Positions 50,028 through 59,524 of a stretch of DNA of 64,000 bases are shown here, in pieces (position 1 is the stretch's first letter; the number at the start of each line of letters is the position of its first letter). Source of the DNA: Myxococcota bacterium (GTDB lineage: Bacteria; Myxococcota_A; Polyangia; Nannocystales; Nannocystaceae); NCBI GenBank assembly GCA_039028615.1, contig JBCCHT010000054.1, positions 1-64,000 of the forward strand, given 5' to 3'. The translations under genes and the position numbers were made by a program. The notes beneath the pieces are model-generated. The model was not told the origin of the DNA, did not search any database, and saw nothing but the letters and a program-made list of their open reading frames with translations.

Positions 50028-50447
50028 ATGGGACTGTCGCATCGCCGAACCGTTCAAGTGACCTGGGGCGACTGTGATAGCGCCGGGATCATCTTCTACC
50101 CCCGCTACTACGAGATGTTCGACGCGAGCACCCACGCCATGCTCGGCGCGGTCGGCTTGGCGCACCGTCAGCTCAAGGAGCGCTTCGGCGTGGTCGGGCT
50201 GTCGCTGGTGGAGTCCAAGGCCACCTTCCTCGCCCCCGCCACCTTCGACGACGTGCTCGAGGCCCACTGCCTGATCAGCCGCATCGGGCGAAGCAGCCTC
50301 ACCGTCGATCACCAGATCCTCAAAGACGGTCACGAAGTCGTCCGTGGCTACGAGGTCCGCGTGTGGGCCCGCGAGACCGCCCCGGGACAGATCGAGGCCG
50401 TTCCGCTGCCGCTCGAGGTCCGCAACCTGCTCCATGCGGATGGCTGA
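50028..50447 (+). CDS. Acyl-CoA thioesterase (4-hydroxybenzoyl-CoA thioesterase-type hotdog fold)
   Basis: WGDCDSAGIIFYPRY motif and IGRSSL. Confidence 0.85.
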   Translation: MGLSHRRTVQVTWGDCDSAGIIFYPRYYEMFDASTHAMLGAVGLAHRQLKERFGVVGLSLVESKATFLAPATFDDVLEAHCLISRIGRSSLTVDHQILKDGHEVVRGYEVRVWARETAPGQIEAVPLPLEVRNLLHADG

Positions 50448-51186
50448 GACCAGTCGACAGCCCGTCGCTTCGTCGCGACGGGTCGTCCTCGGCACGCTGA
50501 GTGCGTCCGCCCGGAGCCGCCTCGAAGACGAGCTCCACGAGCTGTGGAGCGAGTTCTTCGTCGGGCTCTCGCGCGAGCAATTCGTGGCGACCCACCTGTT
50601 CGACGACACGCGGCTCCAGCTCGTCTACGGCCGCGACGGCGAGCTGGCCGGCTTCGCCAACATCAACGCCAGCCTGCTGCAGGACGAGGGCAAGACCCAC
50701 CTCGTGATGCACTGCGGGGCCTTCACCCGCCTGCGCTACGACGCTGTCCGGACCTTGATCTTCCGCGGGGCCCGAGAGTTCCTGCGGCTGAGACTCCGCC
50801 ACCCGCGGACACCCATGGCCTACGTCGGCGTCATGACCAGCCCGGTCGCGTATCGACTCTTCGGCTGGGCCGGGGTCGACGTGTACCCGGCACCCAATGC
50901 CGTCGCGCCGCCGCACGTCGAGCGGTTGCTGGGTGCGCTGGCCGAGCGCCGCCGCATCCCCGTGGACCCGGACGATCCGTGGCTCGCCGAGTTCGCGGTC
51001 AAGCAGCGCGATCCCACCGGCCTGAAGGAGTCCCGCTGTGTCCGTCGCGGCAATCGGCACGTGGATTTTTTCGTGCAGCGAGCGCCCCAGTGGCACCAAG
51101 GCTGGTCGCTGCTCGCCTGGATGCCGCTGACGACGGTCAACGTCGTGGGTGGCCTGCTGCGGTTGATCTTCAAGAAGCGCCGATGA
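50440..51186 (+). CDS. Hypothetical protein, possible GNAT-like fold; paralog of 57785-58600
   Basis: Overlaps thioesterase stop; shares DEL...FxG...TRLQxxY...G..AG and F....P....G..LL..xPL with 57785-58600. Confidence 0.65.
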   Translation: MAETSRQPVASSRRVVLGTLSASARSRLEDELHELWSEFFVGLSREQFVATHLFDDTRLQLVYGRDGELAGFANINASLLQDEGKTHLVMHCGAFTRLRYDAVRTLIFRGAREFLRLRLRHPRTPMAYVGVMTSPVAYRLFGWAGVDVYPAPNAVAPPHVERLLGALAERRRIPVDPDDPWLAEFAVKQRDPTGLKESRCVRRGNRHVDFFVQRAPQWHQGWSLLAWMPLTTVNVVGGLLRLIFKKRR

Positions 51187-51240
51187 GCGTCCGTCGCTTC
51201 CGCTGGCAATTGGCCACGGGACGGTGCACCATCGAAACCT

Positions 51241-52655
51241 ATGTTGCTTAGATTAGGATGGGTTGGATGCGCGCTGGCCATGGCCGGCTGCAACGCGACG
51301 GACCCGTGTGGGCCGGGGGGCATCGCGTCCTCGACGACGTGGGCGAGGGGCGCGTCACCGTCCATGTCGATCGCTTCGACGACCACGCGCTCGTCGAGCT
51401 GACCCACCACGACGACGAGGGACCGCAGACATGGTCGGCCTTCATGACCGCGACCTGCGGCAGCGAGCCGATCGAGCTCGTCGCCCCCACCGATCGGCAC
51501 ACCCAAGTTCGCATGATCGAGCAATGGGTGACCGTGCTCGACAAAGAGGACGATCGCATCGAGGTGGTCACCGACTTCGGCGCGGGCCCACGCCACGAGA
51601 TTGCCACCGAGGTGATCGGCTGCCCGATCCCGCTTCACGATGGCATGGCCTTCGAGCGCAGCGACGGCACGGTGTGGTTTCACCCCGCGCCCGGCGATCC
51701 GACGGCCACGCCCGAGCCGCTCCTCGAGGGCTCGTACGTCGCCGAGACCGCCGGATTCACCGACCTCGATGCCTGCCAGCGCCTCAGCTCCGACATCGCT
51801 CGCGACGGGGAAAGCAATGGTCTGCTCGTGCTCACCGCCGAGCGCTCGATCGTCCGCGTCTCGCCGGACGAGCCCGGCCCCACGCCCGTCCTCGCTGGCC
51901 CCGTGAGGTCGTTCGAGGTGCTCTCCAACCCTCGCTACATCGCCTGGCGGCGGGAGGCCGATGACCATCGCTTGATCCATGACCGCGACACGGGCTTCGA
52001 CCTCGACCTCGGGCAGGAAATCCACCCCTCGGGAGCCCGCGGGAGGTTCACCAGCCTCCCCGGCGAACGCTGGGTGACGTACTACCCACCCTATCACAAC
52101 GCCGGCCATGTCGACACGGTGCTGATCGACCTCGAGAGCGTCGACCTAGAGCACGACCAACTCCCGAGTGTCGGTCTCGCCGCTCAATTCCATGGTTCGC
52201 TGACGCCGACGCGCCTGATGATCTCCCAGTGGGGCCAGGCCGCCATCTACGACACCGAGTCGAACGAAGAGCAGTGGCTCGACATGCCGCCGCCGGGCAC
52301 CGGGCGCACCGAGGCGGGCTGGGTCGGGCACGAGTTCGATTTGTGGTCGGAAACGGTGACGGTGCACCTGTTACCGAGCGACGGTGGGCCCGTCGAGATC
52401 TTGGGGGAGGACCTGGACTTCCGCTTCAGCGTCACCGACCACGCAACCCTCGTCGGGCACGCGATCGCCGACGATGACCCACACGGGCCGCTGATGCTCC
52501 ACCCGCGAAACGGCGCGCCCACGGTCATCGCCGAGCGCGTGGTCGACTACCAGCTCCTGCGCAAGTCGGACACGCCGAGCGGTGAACACGAAGAGCTATT
52601 CTACGTGATGAGCGAGGGCGAACGCGCCGGGCTTTGGCGCTACGAGCTACCTTAG
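51241..52655 (+). pseudogene. Frameshifted lipoprotein paralog 1 of 3 (beta-propeller-like)
   Basis: ATG 51241 gives MLLRLGWVGCALAMAGCN, matching paralog 2, but stops at 51402; the body is in another frame (ORF 51258-52655); the shift maps to GGGCCGGGGGG at 51310-51320. Confidence 0.75.
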
Positions 52656-52695
52656 CGCTGGCAATTGGCCACCGGACGGTGCACCATCGAAGGAT

Positions 52696-54111
52696 ATGTT
52701 GCTTAGATTAAGTTGGATTGGTTGCGCGCTGGCATTGGCCGGCTGCAACACGACACCGCCCTGTGAACAGGTGCTCCCCGATCGCGTGCTCGAAGACGTC
52801 GGCGAAGGGCTGACCGGCTTCCATGTCGATCGCCTCGAAGGCCGCGCGCTCGTCGAGCTCACGCATCGCGTCGGTATCGACCCGCCGACCTGGTCGGCCT
52901 TCATGACCAACAGCTGCGGCGGCGAGACCATCGAGGTGGTGGCCGCCACCGATCGAGACACGGAGGTCCGCATGGTCGGGCCGTGGGTGACCGTGCTCGA
53001 CGAGCAGGACAAGCGCATCGAGATCGTCACCGACTTCGGCGCGGGACCCCGCCACGAGCTCGGGACCGGGGTCATCGGCTGCCCGATCCCGATCGCCGAC
53101 GGGCTGGCCTTCGAGCGGAACGACGGCACGGTGTGGTTTCAGCCCAACCCGTCCGATCCCGGCTCCGCGCCCCAGCTGCTCCTGGAGGGGTCGGCGGTCA
53201 GCGATCCCGACGGCTCCACCGGCCTCGACGGCTGCCCTTTCCACGACGCGGACCTCTTTCGCGACGGGGACAGCGATGGCCTGCTCGTGCTGACCGACGA
53301 AGGCTCGATCGTCCGCGTCTCGCCCGACGGCGCCCCCGAGCCGGTCGTCGAAGGGCCCGTCCAATCGTTCGAGGCGCTGTCCAACCCGCGCTACGTCGCC
53401 TGGCTTCGAGATGGCGACCACCACCGCTTGATCCGCGACCGCGACACGGGCTTCGATCGCGACCTTTGGCGAGAAATCGACCCCGAGTGGGGCTCCGGGC
53501 GGTTCACCAGCCTCCCGGGCGACCGCTGGGTGACCTTCCACGGACCCTTTCACAACCCCAGTCACATCAACACGGTGCTCATCGATCTCGAGAACGTCGA
53601 CCTCGAGAACGACCGCCTGAAAACCTTCAACCACGCGGTCGACTTTCACGGCTCGCTGAGCCCGACGCAGCTGGTGATCTCGCTGTGGAGCGAGACCGGC
53701 ATCTACGACACCGAGACCAAGCAGACCCAGTGGTTCGACATGGTGCCGCCCGAGCACGGGCGCGTGGAGGCGGGCTGGGTCGCCAGCGACGTGAGCCCCT
53801 ACGAGCAGGTGTTCACGATGCTGCTGCTGCCCAGCGACGGCGGCCCGGTGGAGGTCTTGGGTGAAGACCTGGGTCGCCGCTTCGAAGTCACCGACGATGG
53901 GACCCTCATCCACCACGAGACCACGGACACGGACCCTCACCCGCCGCTGACCCTCCGGCCGCGGCAGGGCGAGCCGGGAGTGCTCGCCGAGGACGTGGTC
54001 CAGTTCCAGCTGCTCCGCACCGCCGATACGCCGAGTGGAGAGCACGAAGAACTCTTCTACGCGATCACCGAGGGTGAAGACGCCGGGCTGTGGCGCCACG
54101 AGCTGCCGTAG
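52696..54111 (+). CDS. Lipoprotein paralog 2 of 3 (beta-propeller-like)
   Basis: LALAGC lipobox; shares DGTVWF, LSNPRY, PSDGGPVE and GLWRHELP with neighbours. Confidence 0.8.
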   Translation: MLLRLSWIGCALALAGCNTTPPCEQVLPDRVLEDVGEGLTGFHVDRLEGRALVELTHRVGIDPPTWSAFMTNSCGGETIEVVAATDRDTEVRMVGPWVTVLDEQDKRIEIVTDFGAGPRHELGTGVIGCPIPIADGLAFERNDGTVWFQPNPSDPGSAPQLLLEGSAVSDPDGSTGLDGCPFHDADLFRDGDSDGLLVLTDEGSIVRVSPDGAPEPVVEGPVQSFEALSNPRYVAWLRDGDHHRLIRDRDTGFDRDLWREIDPEWGSGRFTSLPGDRWVTFHGPFHNPSHINTVLIDLENVDLENDRLKTFNHAVDFHGSLSPTQLVISLWSETGIYDTETKQTQWFDMVPPEHGRVEAGWVASDVSPYEQVFTMLLLPSDGGPVEVLGEDLGRRFEVTDDGTLIHHETTDTDPHPPLTLRPRQGEPGVLAEDVVQFQLLRTADTPSGEHEELFYAITEGEDAGLWRHELP

Positions 54112-54121
54112 GACGAGAACG

Positions 54122-55546
54122 ATGCAGCGCCTCAGCCCCCATGGCATGGCCTGGCTCGGGCTCGCTTCGGTCCTGTGCATGACAGCCTCGACCGGCTGTC
54201 GCGAGCCCGTGTGCGGACAGCGAATTCCCGTGCGCATCGTCGAGGACCCGGGCGGACGGGTCTCCGACCTTCGCGTCGATCGATTCGGAGATCAGGTACT
54301 CGCCGAGTTTTCAGCCTACGACGGGGAACGAAGCCGCCGGTCGGCGGTTGTGACCGACGTCTGTGGTGGACCGCCCGTGCAGCTGTTCGCCCCGGTGGAG
54401 GCCGAGTCGCAGGCCCGCCTCGTCGACGGCCACGTGCTCGTGCTCGACCAGCCCTCACGGCGCATCGAGTTCGTCGCCGACGCGGGCCTCGGCGAGCGAC
54501 ACGAGGTGTTCACCGACGTGACCGGCTGCATCGCTCCGGTCGCGGGGGGCCTGGCCGCGGAGCGTGTTGACGGCACGGTGTGGTTTCACCCCGATCCCTC
54601 CGACCCCGACGCTCAACCGCTGAGGATCTTCGCGGAGGCCATGCCCGATGCGGACGAGACCCTGGCGGACCTCGAGCCCTGCCAAAGCTCGGGGGTCGTA
54701 GCCGATGGCAACGGCGTCATCGTCCTGGCCGCGGATGGCTCCGTCGTTCACGTCTCGGTGCACGACCGCTCACGCCACACGCTGATCGAGGGACCCGTCG
54801 ACTCGTTCGATGTGCTGTCCAACCCGCGCTTCATCGCCTGGCTCCGCTCCGAGGACGGCGACCGGCTGATTCGCGACCGACAGACCGGGGACGACCGCCG
54901 ACTGGGCCGACAGATCGACCCCTCGCAGGGCGACGGGCACTTCTTCCACTTCCCCAACGACCGCTGGGTGTGCTTCGTGGCGCGGGCGCACACGGAATAC
55001 GACACCGATACTCGATGCGTGGATCTACAGACCAATGAGCTGGCGTCCTACCGCTTCGCCACGCACCCCTTCTACGGGTCTCTGAACGCCAACGTGCTCC
55101 TGTTCGGTGGTGGCGCGGGGCCGATCCGCTGGAACCGAGTCACCGACGACGACGTCACCCGGCTCAACTTCGACCCGCTGCCTCATACCTTCGGGCGTGC
55201 CCATGACGGCTTGCTCGGTCGGTCCCGCGACCCCGCCACCGACGAGCGGATGCTGACCCTGATGCCCACCGACGGCGGACCCATCCGGGTGCTGTCGCGA
55301 GAACCGGCCACGACATTTCGCCGCACTCGCAACGACACGATCATCAGCGTCGTCCGCAATGACGAGCCCGGCTCGGACGGAACGCTGATGCTCCAGACTC
55401 CGTCGGGCGAACGGCGACCGCTGGCCGAGCACGTGGAGCCGTACCTCTCCGTGCCCGGCTACCAGACCCCGGACGAAATCGACGAGCTGCTGTATGCCGT
55501 CACCGAGGGTGACGACGCCGGGATCTGGCGCTACGTCCTGCCCTGA
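54122..55546 (+). CDS. Lipoprotein paralog 3 of 3 (beta-propeller-like)
   Basis: ASTGC lipobox; DGTVWFHP, LSNPRF, PTDGGP and GIWRYVLP. Confidence 0.8.
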   Translation: MQRLSPHGMAWLGLASVLCMTASTGCREPVCGQRIPVRIVEDPGGRVSDLRVDRFGDQVLAEFSAYDGERSRRSAVVTDVCGGPPVQLFAPVEAESQARLVDGHVLVLDQPSRRIEFVADAGLGERHEVFTDVTGCIAPVAGGLAAERVDGTVWFHPDPSDPDAQPLRIFAEAMPDADETLADLEPCQSSGVVADGNGVIVLAADGSVVHVSVHDRSRHTLIEGPVDSFDVLSNPRFIAWLRSEDGDRLIRDRQTGDDRRLGRQIDPSQGDGHFFHFPNDRWVCFVARAHTEYDTDTRCVDLQTNELASYRFATHPFYGSLNANVLLFGGGAGPIRWNRVTDDDVTRLNFDPLPHTFGRAHDGLLGRSRDPATDERMLTLMPTDGGPIRVLSREPATTFRRTRNDTIISVVRNDEPGSDGTLMLQTPSGERRPLAEHVEPYLSVPGYQTPDEIDELLYAVTEGDDAGIWRYVLP

Positions 55547-55803
55547 TCGCCACGGATCCTGGGCGAGATCTGACCGCAAAGGTGCCCTTGAGGGCCTTTG
55601 AACGGCTGATTGCGCCCGCACGAAAAAACCGTCGTTGCAATCGATTTCGGTCGCAATCCCTGGAGCGTCGGCGGGAACCCCCCCATCGAAGGGCGCCACG
55701 AACGCCCCGATGCACCCGGGTCCCCGGCGCACGGAAGACACGTCCGTCTGCTCGTTCGTCGTGGGGCATCGGCGAAACCTCCACACGACCCCACGAGCAA
55801 GCC

Positions 55804-56694
55804 ATGGACCTCCTGCTTTCCCTCTTGCACGACACCAGTCGTTCCTTTGCCCTCTCGATCCCCGCCGCCCCGGCCCCCGTCGACCGCGAGATGACGGTGG
55901 CGTACCTGCTGTTCCGCATCGCCGACACCTTCGAGGACGCGACCGCCACCCCGGTGCAGGAGCGCGTGCAGGGCCTGCAGGCCTTCGCCCACGCCCTCGA
56001 CAACCCCGAGTGCCCCAAGGCTCGCGCCGCCCTGCGAGCCCACGCCGAGACCCTCGACGAGCCCAACCCCGCCTATCGCCGACTCATGGGGCACTGCGAC
56101 GAGGTCCTCGATGGCCTGCTCTCCCTGCGACCCGGAGCGCAGCGCATCGTGGCCGACCACTCGCGTCGCACCGCAGTGGGCTGCATCGACTGGATCCGCC
56201 GCACCGACACGGCCGGGGTCCTGCGTCTGCACTCGATGGAGGAGCTGCGGGCCTACTGCTACACGGTCGCGGGCATCCCCGGGCAAATGCTCTGCGAGCT
56301 GTTCCTGCTCGAGCAGCCCGGCCTGGCCTCGGTCGCCCCCCAGATGCGTGCCCGCGCGGTGACCTTCGGCGAGGCGATGCAGCTGGTCAACATCCTCAAG
56401 GACTGCGCCGCCGATGCCGAAGAGGACCGCGTGTTCCTGCCCCGCTCGGTGACGATGACCGAGGCGCTGGCGCTGGCCCGGGCCGACCTCGCCGTGGCCC
56501 GCGAGTACGTCGACCTGCTGCGTCAGCCCGGCGTGCCCGCGGGCGTGGTGGCCTTCCATCAGATCACCTCCGACCTCGCCGCGGCCGCGCTCGACGTGAC
56601 CGAGGCCAAGGGACCCGGGGCCAAGATCTCCCGCTCGGGCGTGGCCCGGATCCTCGAGCACGCGGGCGTCAGCGCGGCACGGGTGCAGGCATGA
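55804..56694 (+). CDS. Squalene/phytoene synthase family (squalene-synthase-like)
   Basis: TSRSFAL, YLLFRIADTFED, YCYTVAG and FGEAMQLVNILKDCAAD...RVFLP motifs. Confidence 0.85.
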   Translation: MDLLLSLLHDTSRSFALSIPAAPAPVDREMTVAYLLFRIADTFEDATATPVQERVQGLQAFAHALDNPECPKARAALRAHAETLDEPNPAYRRLMGHCDEVLDGLLSLRPGAQRIVADHSRRTAVGCIDWIRRTDTAGVLRLHSMEELRAYCYTVAGIPGQMLCELFLLEQPGLASVAPQMRARAVTFGEAMQLVNILKDCAADAEEDRVFLPRSVTMTEALALARADLAVAREYVDLLRQPGVPAGVVAFHQITSDLAAAALDVTEAKGPGAKISRSGVARILEHAGVSAARVQA

Positions 56695-57788
56695 ACCCCT
56701 CGACGACCTCGGGCCGGGCTGCCCTTCGCCGCGGCGATCCGCTGGCCGACGCCGCCCTCGACGCCCTGCTGACTCGCACCGAGGGTCGTCCGCCCGGCGA
56801 TCTGCTGGCCGCGGTGGAGGCCGAGGCCAAGGCGGGTGACCGCGCCTGCCGGGCCTTCGTCGATGCCGTCTCGGAGCTGCCGTCGTGGGTCGAGCCCGCC
56901 CTCATCGAGCACGGCCGCACCCTCGCCCTGTCGCTGGCCCTGCCCACCGGGGTGGTGCTGCTGCTCGGTGGTCTCACCGAGGTCTACGCGGTGCCAGCCG
57001 TCGCGCGGGTGCTCACCGCCACCGGTCGCCTCAAGACCATGACCTGGCGACGCATGCTCGAGACCGGCCGCTTCATTCGCGACGTGCACGGTCGCGGGGG
57101 CATGCGGGCGGGCGGCGATGGCTTCCGCGCCGTGGTCCGCGTGCGCCTCATCCACGCCATGGTCCGCCGCCGCCTCGGCGCCGCCGTGCCCGACGAGGTG
57201 CTCATCGACCAGCCCGAGATGGCCTTCACCCTGTGCGCCCACAGCCACGTCGTGCGCCGCGGCCTGGCCACCTTGGGGTTCCGCCTCACCGACCACGAAC
57301 AGCGCGCGCACCAGCACCTGTGGCGCTTGGTCGGGCACCTGATGGGCATCGATCCCGAGCGGCTCGCCCCCGATCCCGCCGCCGAAGCGAAGCTCTACCG
57401 GCGCCTTCGCGAGTCCCTGCACGAAGGCGACCAGTCCCGGGCTCGCGACCTCGTGCATCACAGCGTGGGCAGCGTGGCCGCCGAAGCCCACCTACCCCCG
57501 ACGCTCGTGGGCACCATGGTCCATCGCCTCGTCGGCTCGCCGCTCGCCGAGCAGCTCGAGGTGCCCACGCGTCGCAGCTGGGATCGAGTGCTCGGCGGCC
57601 TCGTGGGTGTGACCCGGGTCTTCGATGCCGGCCGTCGCCTGCTCCCCGCCTTCACCCGGGCCCTCGCCGCCCTGGGGCACACCTTCGCCGACCTCGTCGT
57701 CGCGGCCGACCCCGGCATCGCCGAGCCCACCGCCGTCGCCACCGCCCGCGACTGCGCCCGCCTTCGACCCGAGGCCATGAACCGATGA
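56691..57788 (+). CDS. MpaB/Lcp-family (latex-clearing protein-like) heme oxygenase
   Basis: GDPLAD, LPSWV, RRMLET, VRLIHAMVR (heme His), IDQPEMAFTL and HLWRLVGHLMG; ATGA overlap with synthase. Confidence 0.85.
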   Translation: MNPSTTSGRAALRRGDPLADAALDALLTRTEGRPPGDLLAAVEAEAKAGDRACRAFVDAVSELPSWVEPALIEHGRTLALSLALPTGVVLLLGGLTEVYAVPAVARVLTATGRLKTMTWRRMLETGRFIRDVHGRGGMRAGGDGFRAVVRVRLIHAMVRRRLGAAVPDEVLIDQPEMAFTLCAHSHVVRRGLATLGFRLTDHEQRAHQHLWRLVGHLMGIDPERLAPDPAAEAKLYRRLRESLHEGDQSRARDLVHHSVGSVAAEAHLPPTLVGTMVHRLVGSPLAEQLEVPTRRSWDRVLGGLVGVTRVFDAGRRLLPAFTRALAALGHTFADLVVAADPGIAEPTAVATARDCARLRPEAMNR

Positions 57789-58600
57789 ACGACCCCGCGC
57801 CCACCGTCGTGCGGGGCCCGAGCATCGACCCCGCCGCGCTCGACCCCGTCGCCCGCACCGCCCTCGCCGACGAGCTGTTCGCCGTCCACCGCCAGATCTT
57901 CGATGGCGTCGATGCCGACGCCTTGCGTCGCTATGTGCTCGAGTCCGAGGGCGCCGATACCCGGCTGCAGATGTTCTACGACGACCAGGGCAGTGCCGCC
58001 GGCTACGTCGCGGTGCACGGCTTCCTGCAGGAGGTCGACGGTCGCTCCACCCTCATCGCCCGCTGCGAAGTCGGGGTCGCGCGACGCTTCCGCGGGCAGG
58101 CCTCGTTCGTGCCCTTCGTGCTCGTCCAGGCCGTCCGCCTGTGGCTGCGCAACCTCGGCCGCCCCAAGCTGGTGTTCGCCTGCCCCGTGCACCCTTCGTC
58201 GTTCTGGGGCCTCACCCGGCGCAGCCCCTGCTCGTGGCCGCGCCCCGGGGTCGACACGCCGCCCGCCATCACCGAGACCATGCACGCGCTGGCCGATCGC
58301 TTCGGGCTCGTGCAGACCGACGCCGACCGCCCCGGCGTGCGCGACGTCGGGTGGATCACTCGCATGACCGACGCCGACCGACAGCACTGGGCCGCCCACC
58401 AAGCGCCCGAGGTGGAATTTTATCGCGCGGAAAACCCCCACTACGAGCAAGGCCAGGGCCTGCTGCTGCTGCTCCCCCTGGACCTGCGGCAGATGGTCGT
58501 CGGCGGCTACAACCACGTGGCCGAGCGAGCACGTCGCTGGTGGTCGAAACGCCGCCAGCGAAGTGCCGCCCAGACCCGACCGCATGGGGCCGAGCCGTAG
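57785..58600 (+). CDS. Hypothetical protein, possible GNAT-like fold; paralog of 50440-51186
   Basis: ATGA overlap with oxygenase; VARRFRGQ resembles an acyl-CoA-binding motif A. Confidence 0.65.
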   Translation: MNDPAPTVVRGPSIDPAALDPVARTALADELFAVHRQIFDGVDADALRRYVLESEGADTRLQMFYDDQGSAAGYVAVHGFLQEVDGRSTLIARCEVGVARRFRGQASFVPFVLVQAVRLWLRNLGRPKLVFACPVHPSSFWGLTRRSPCSWPRPGVDTPPAITETMHALADRFGLVQTDADRPGVRDVGWITRMTDADRQHWAAHQAPEVEFYRAENPHYEQGQGLLLLLPLDLRQMVVGGYNHVAERARRWWSKRRQRSAAQTRPHGAEP

Positions 58601-58603
58601 CCG

Positions 58604-59524
58604 TCAGTGCTGCGTGCGGAACTGCCGAAGCGTCCGCTCGCCCCGTGCGTCGTAGGGCTTGGTCGTCGTCTGCCCGCGCACGTGGGTGTTCCGAGGCTGA
58701 CGCCAGCGCACCACCTTGTGCTGTACCGCGCTCCAGAACCGAGCCCGGGCCGCGAGCGAGAGCATGGTGCCGCGGTGGATCTCCCGCTGCGCCTTCTCGG
58801 TCGTGGCATAAAGCGCCAGCGCCTCTTCGAGCCACAGGCCGTGGTCCTCGTCCTGCTCCATGTGCAGGGTGAAGTAGAGGATCTCGTCCTCCTCGAAGCC
58901 GGCCGTCCGAAGGCCCCGCACGATCGACGGGAACATGTTGGGAATGCTCCACTCGTGGCCAGGACCCATCGCGCCCAGGCCCACGAGGAAGGGCTCCTCC
59001 AGGCAGATGCGCTGGTGCTCCTCGATGAACCCGGTGACGTCGTGGTGCAGCGGGGTCTCGAGCAGGATGTCGTCGCTGCCCCCGGCCGCGATGGCGTACT
59101 CGCGATACAGGGTGGTGTGGTCCTTGCCCTCGGAGCCCTCGCCGTACTCGTCGACCAGCACCTTGGCGATCCACTGCTTCGCGTCGCTGTCGGGCGCGTT
59201 GAACAGCAGCATCTCGAGGTACGTGGTGAACATGCCCACCAGCGGGTAGTGCTGGGTGGCGAGCACGAGGTAGTCCTCGCGGGTGAACGGCACGTGCGAC
59301 AGGCGGCCGAGCAAGGGGTGGTTGACCCCGGGGTGGCGCTCGATCAACCGCCGCAGGTTGGCCAGGAACACGCGGGGATCGTCGTCGTAGACGGCCTCGC
59401 CGCCCTCGGCCCAGGCAAACTCGCCCTCTTGGTGGCCGCTGCGGCGCCCGAACAACCCGCGCTTGGGCGTGGGCACCCGCGTCGGCAATTTCGACAGTGC
59501 GTTGCTCATGTCAGTCGTTCCCAC
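58604..59524 (-). CDS. Heme-oxygenase-like diiron enzyme (CADD/PqqC-like iron-containing redox enzyme)
   Basis: DEYG...KDH, GHE and YFTLHMEQDEDH diiron ligand pattern; alternative ATG 59509. Confidence 0.85.
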   Translation of the reverse strand: MGTTDMSNALSKLPTRVPTPKRGLFGRRSGHQEGEFAWAEGGEAVYDDDPRVFLANLRRLIERHPGVNHPLLGRLSHVPFTREDYLVLATQHYPLVGMFTTYLEMLLFNAPDSDAKQWIAKVLVDEYGEGSEGKDHTTLYREYAIAAGGSDDILLETPLHHDVTGFIEEHQRICLEEPFLVGLGAMGPGHEWSIPNMFPSIVRGLRTAGFEEDEILYFTLHMEQDEDHGLWLEEALALYATTEKAQREIHRGTMLSLAARARFWSAVQHKVVRWRQPRNTHVRGQTTTKPYDARGERTLRQFRTQH

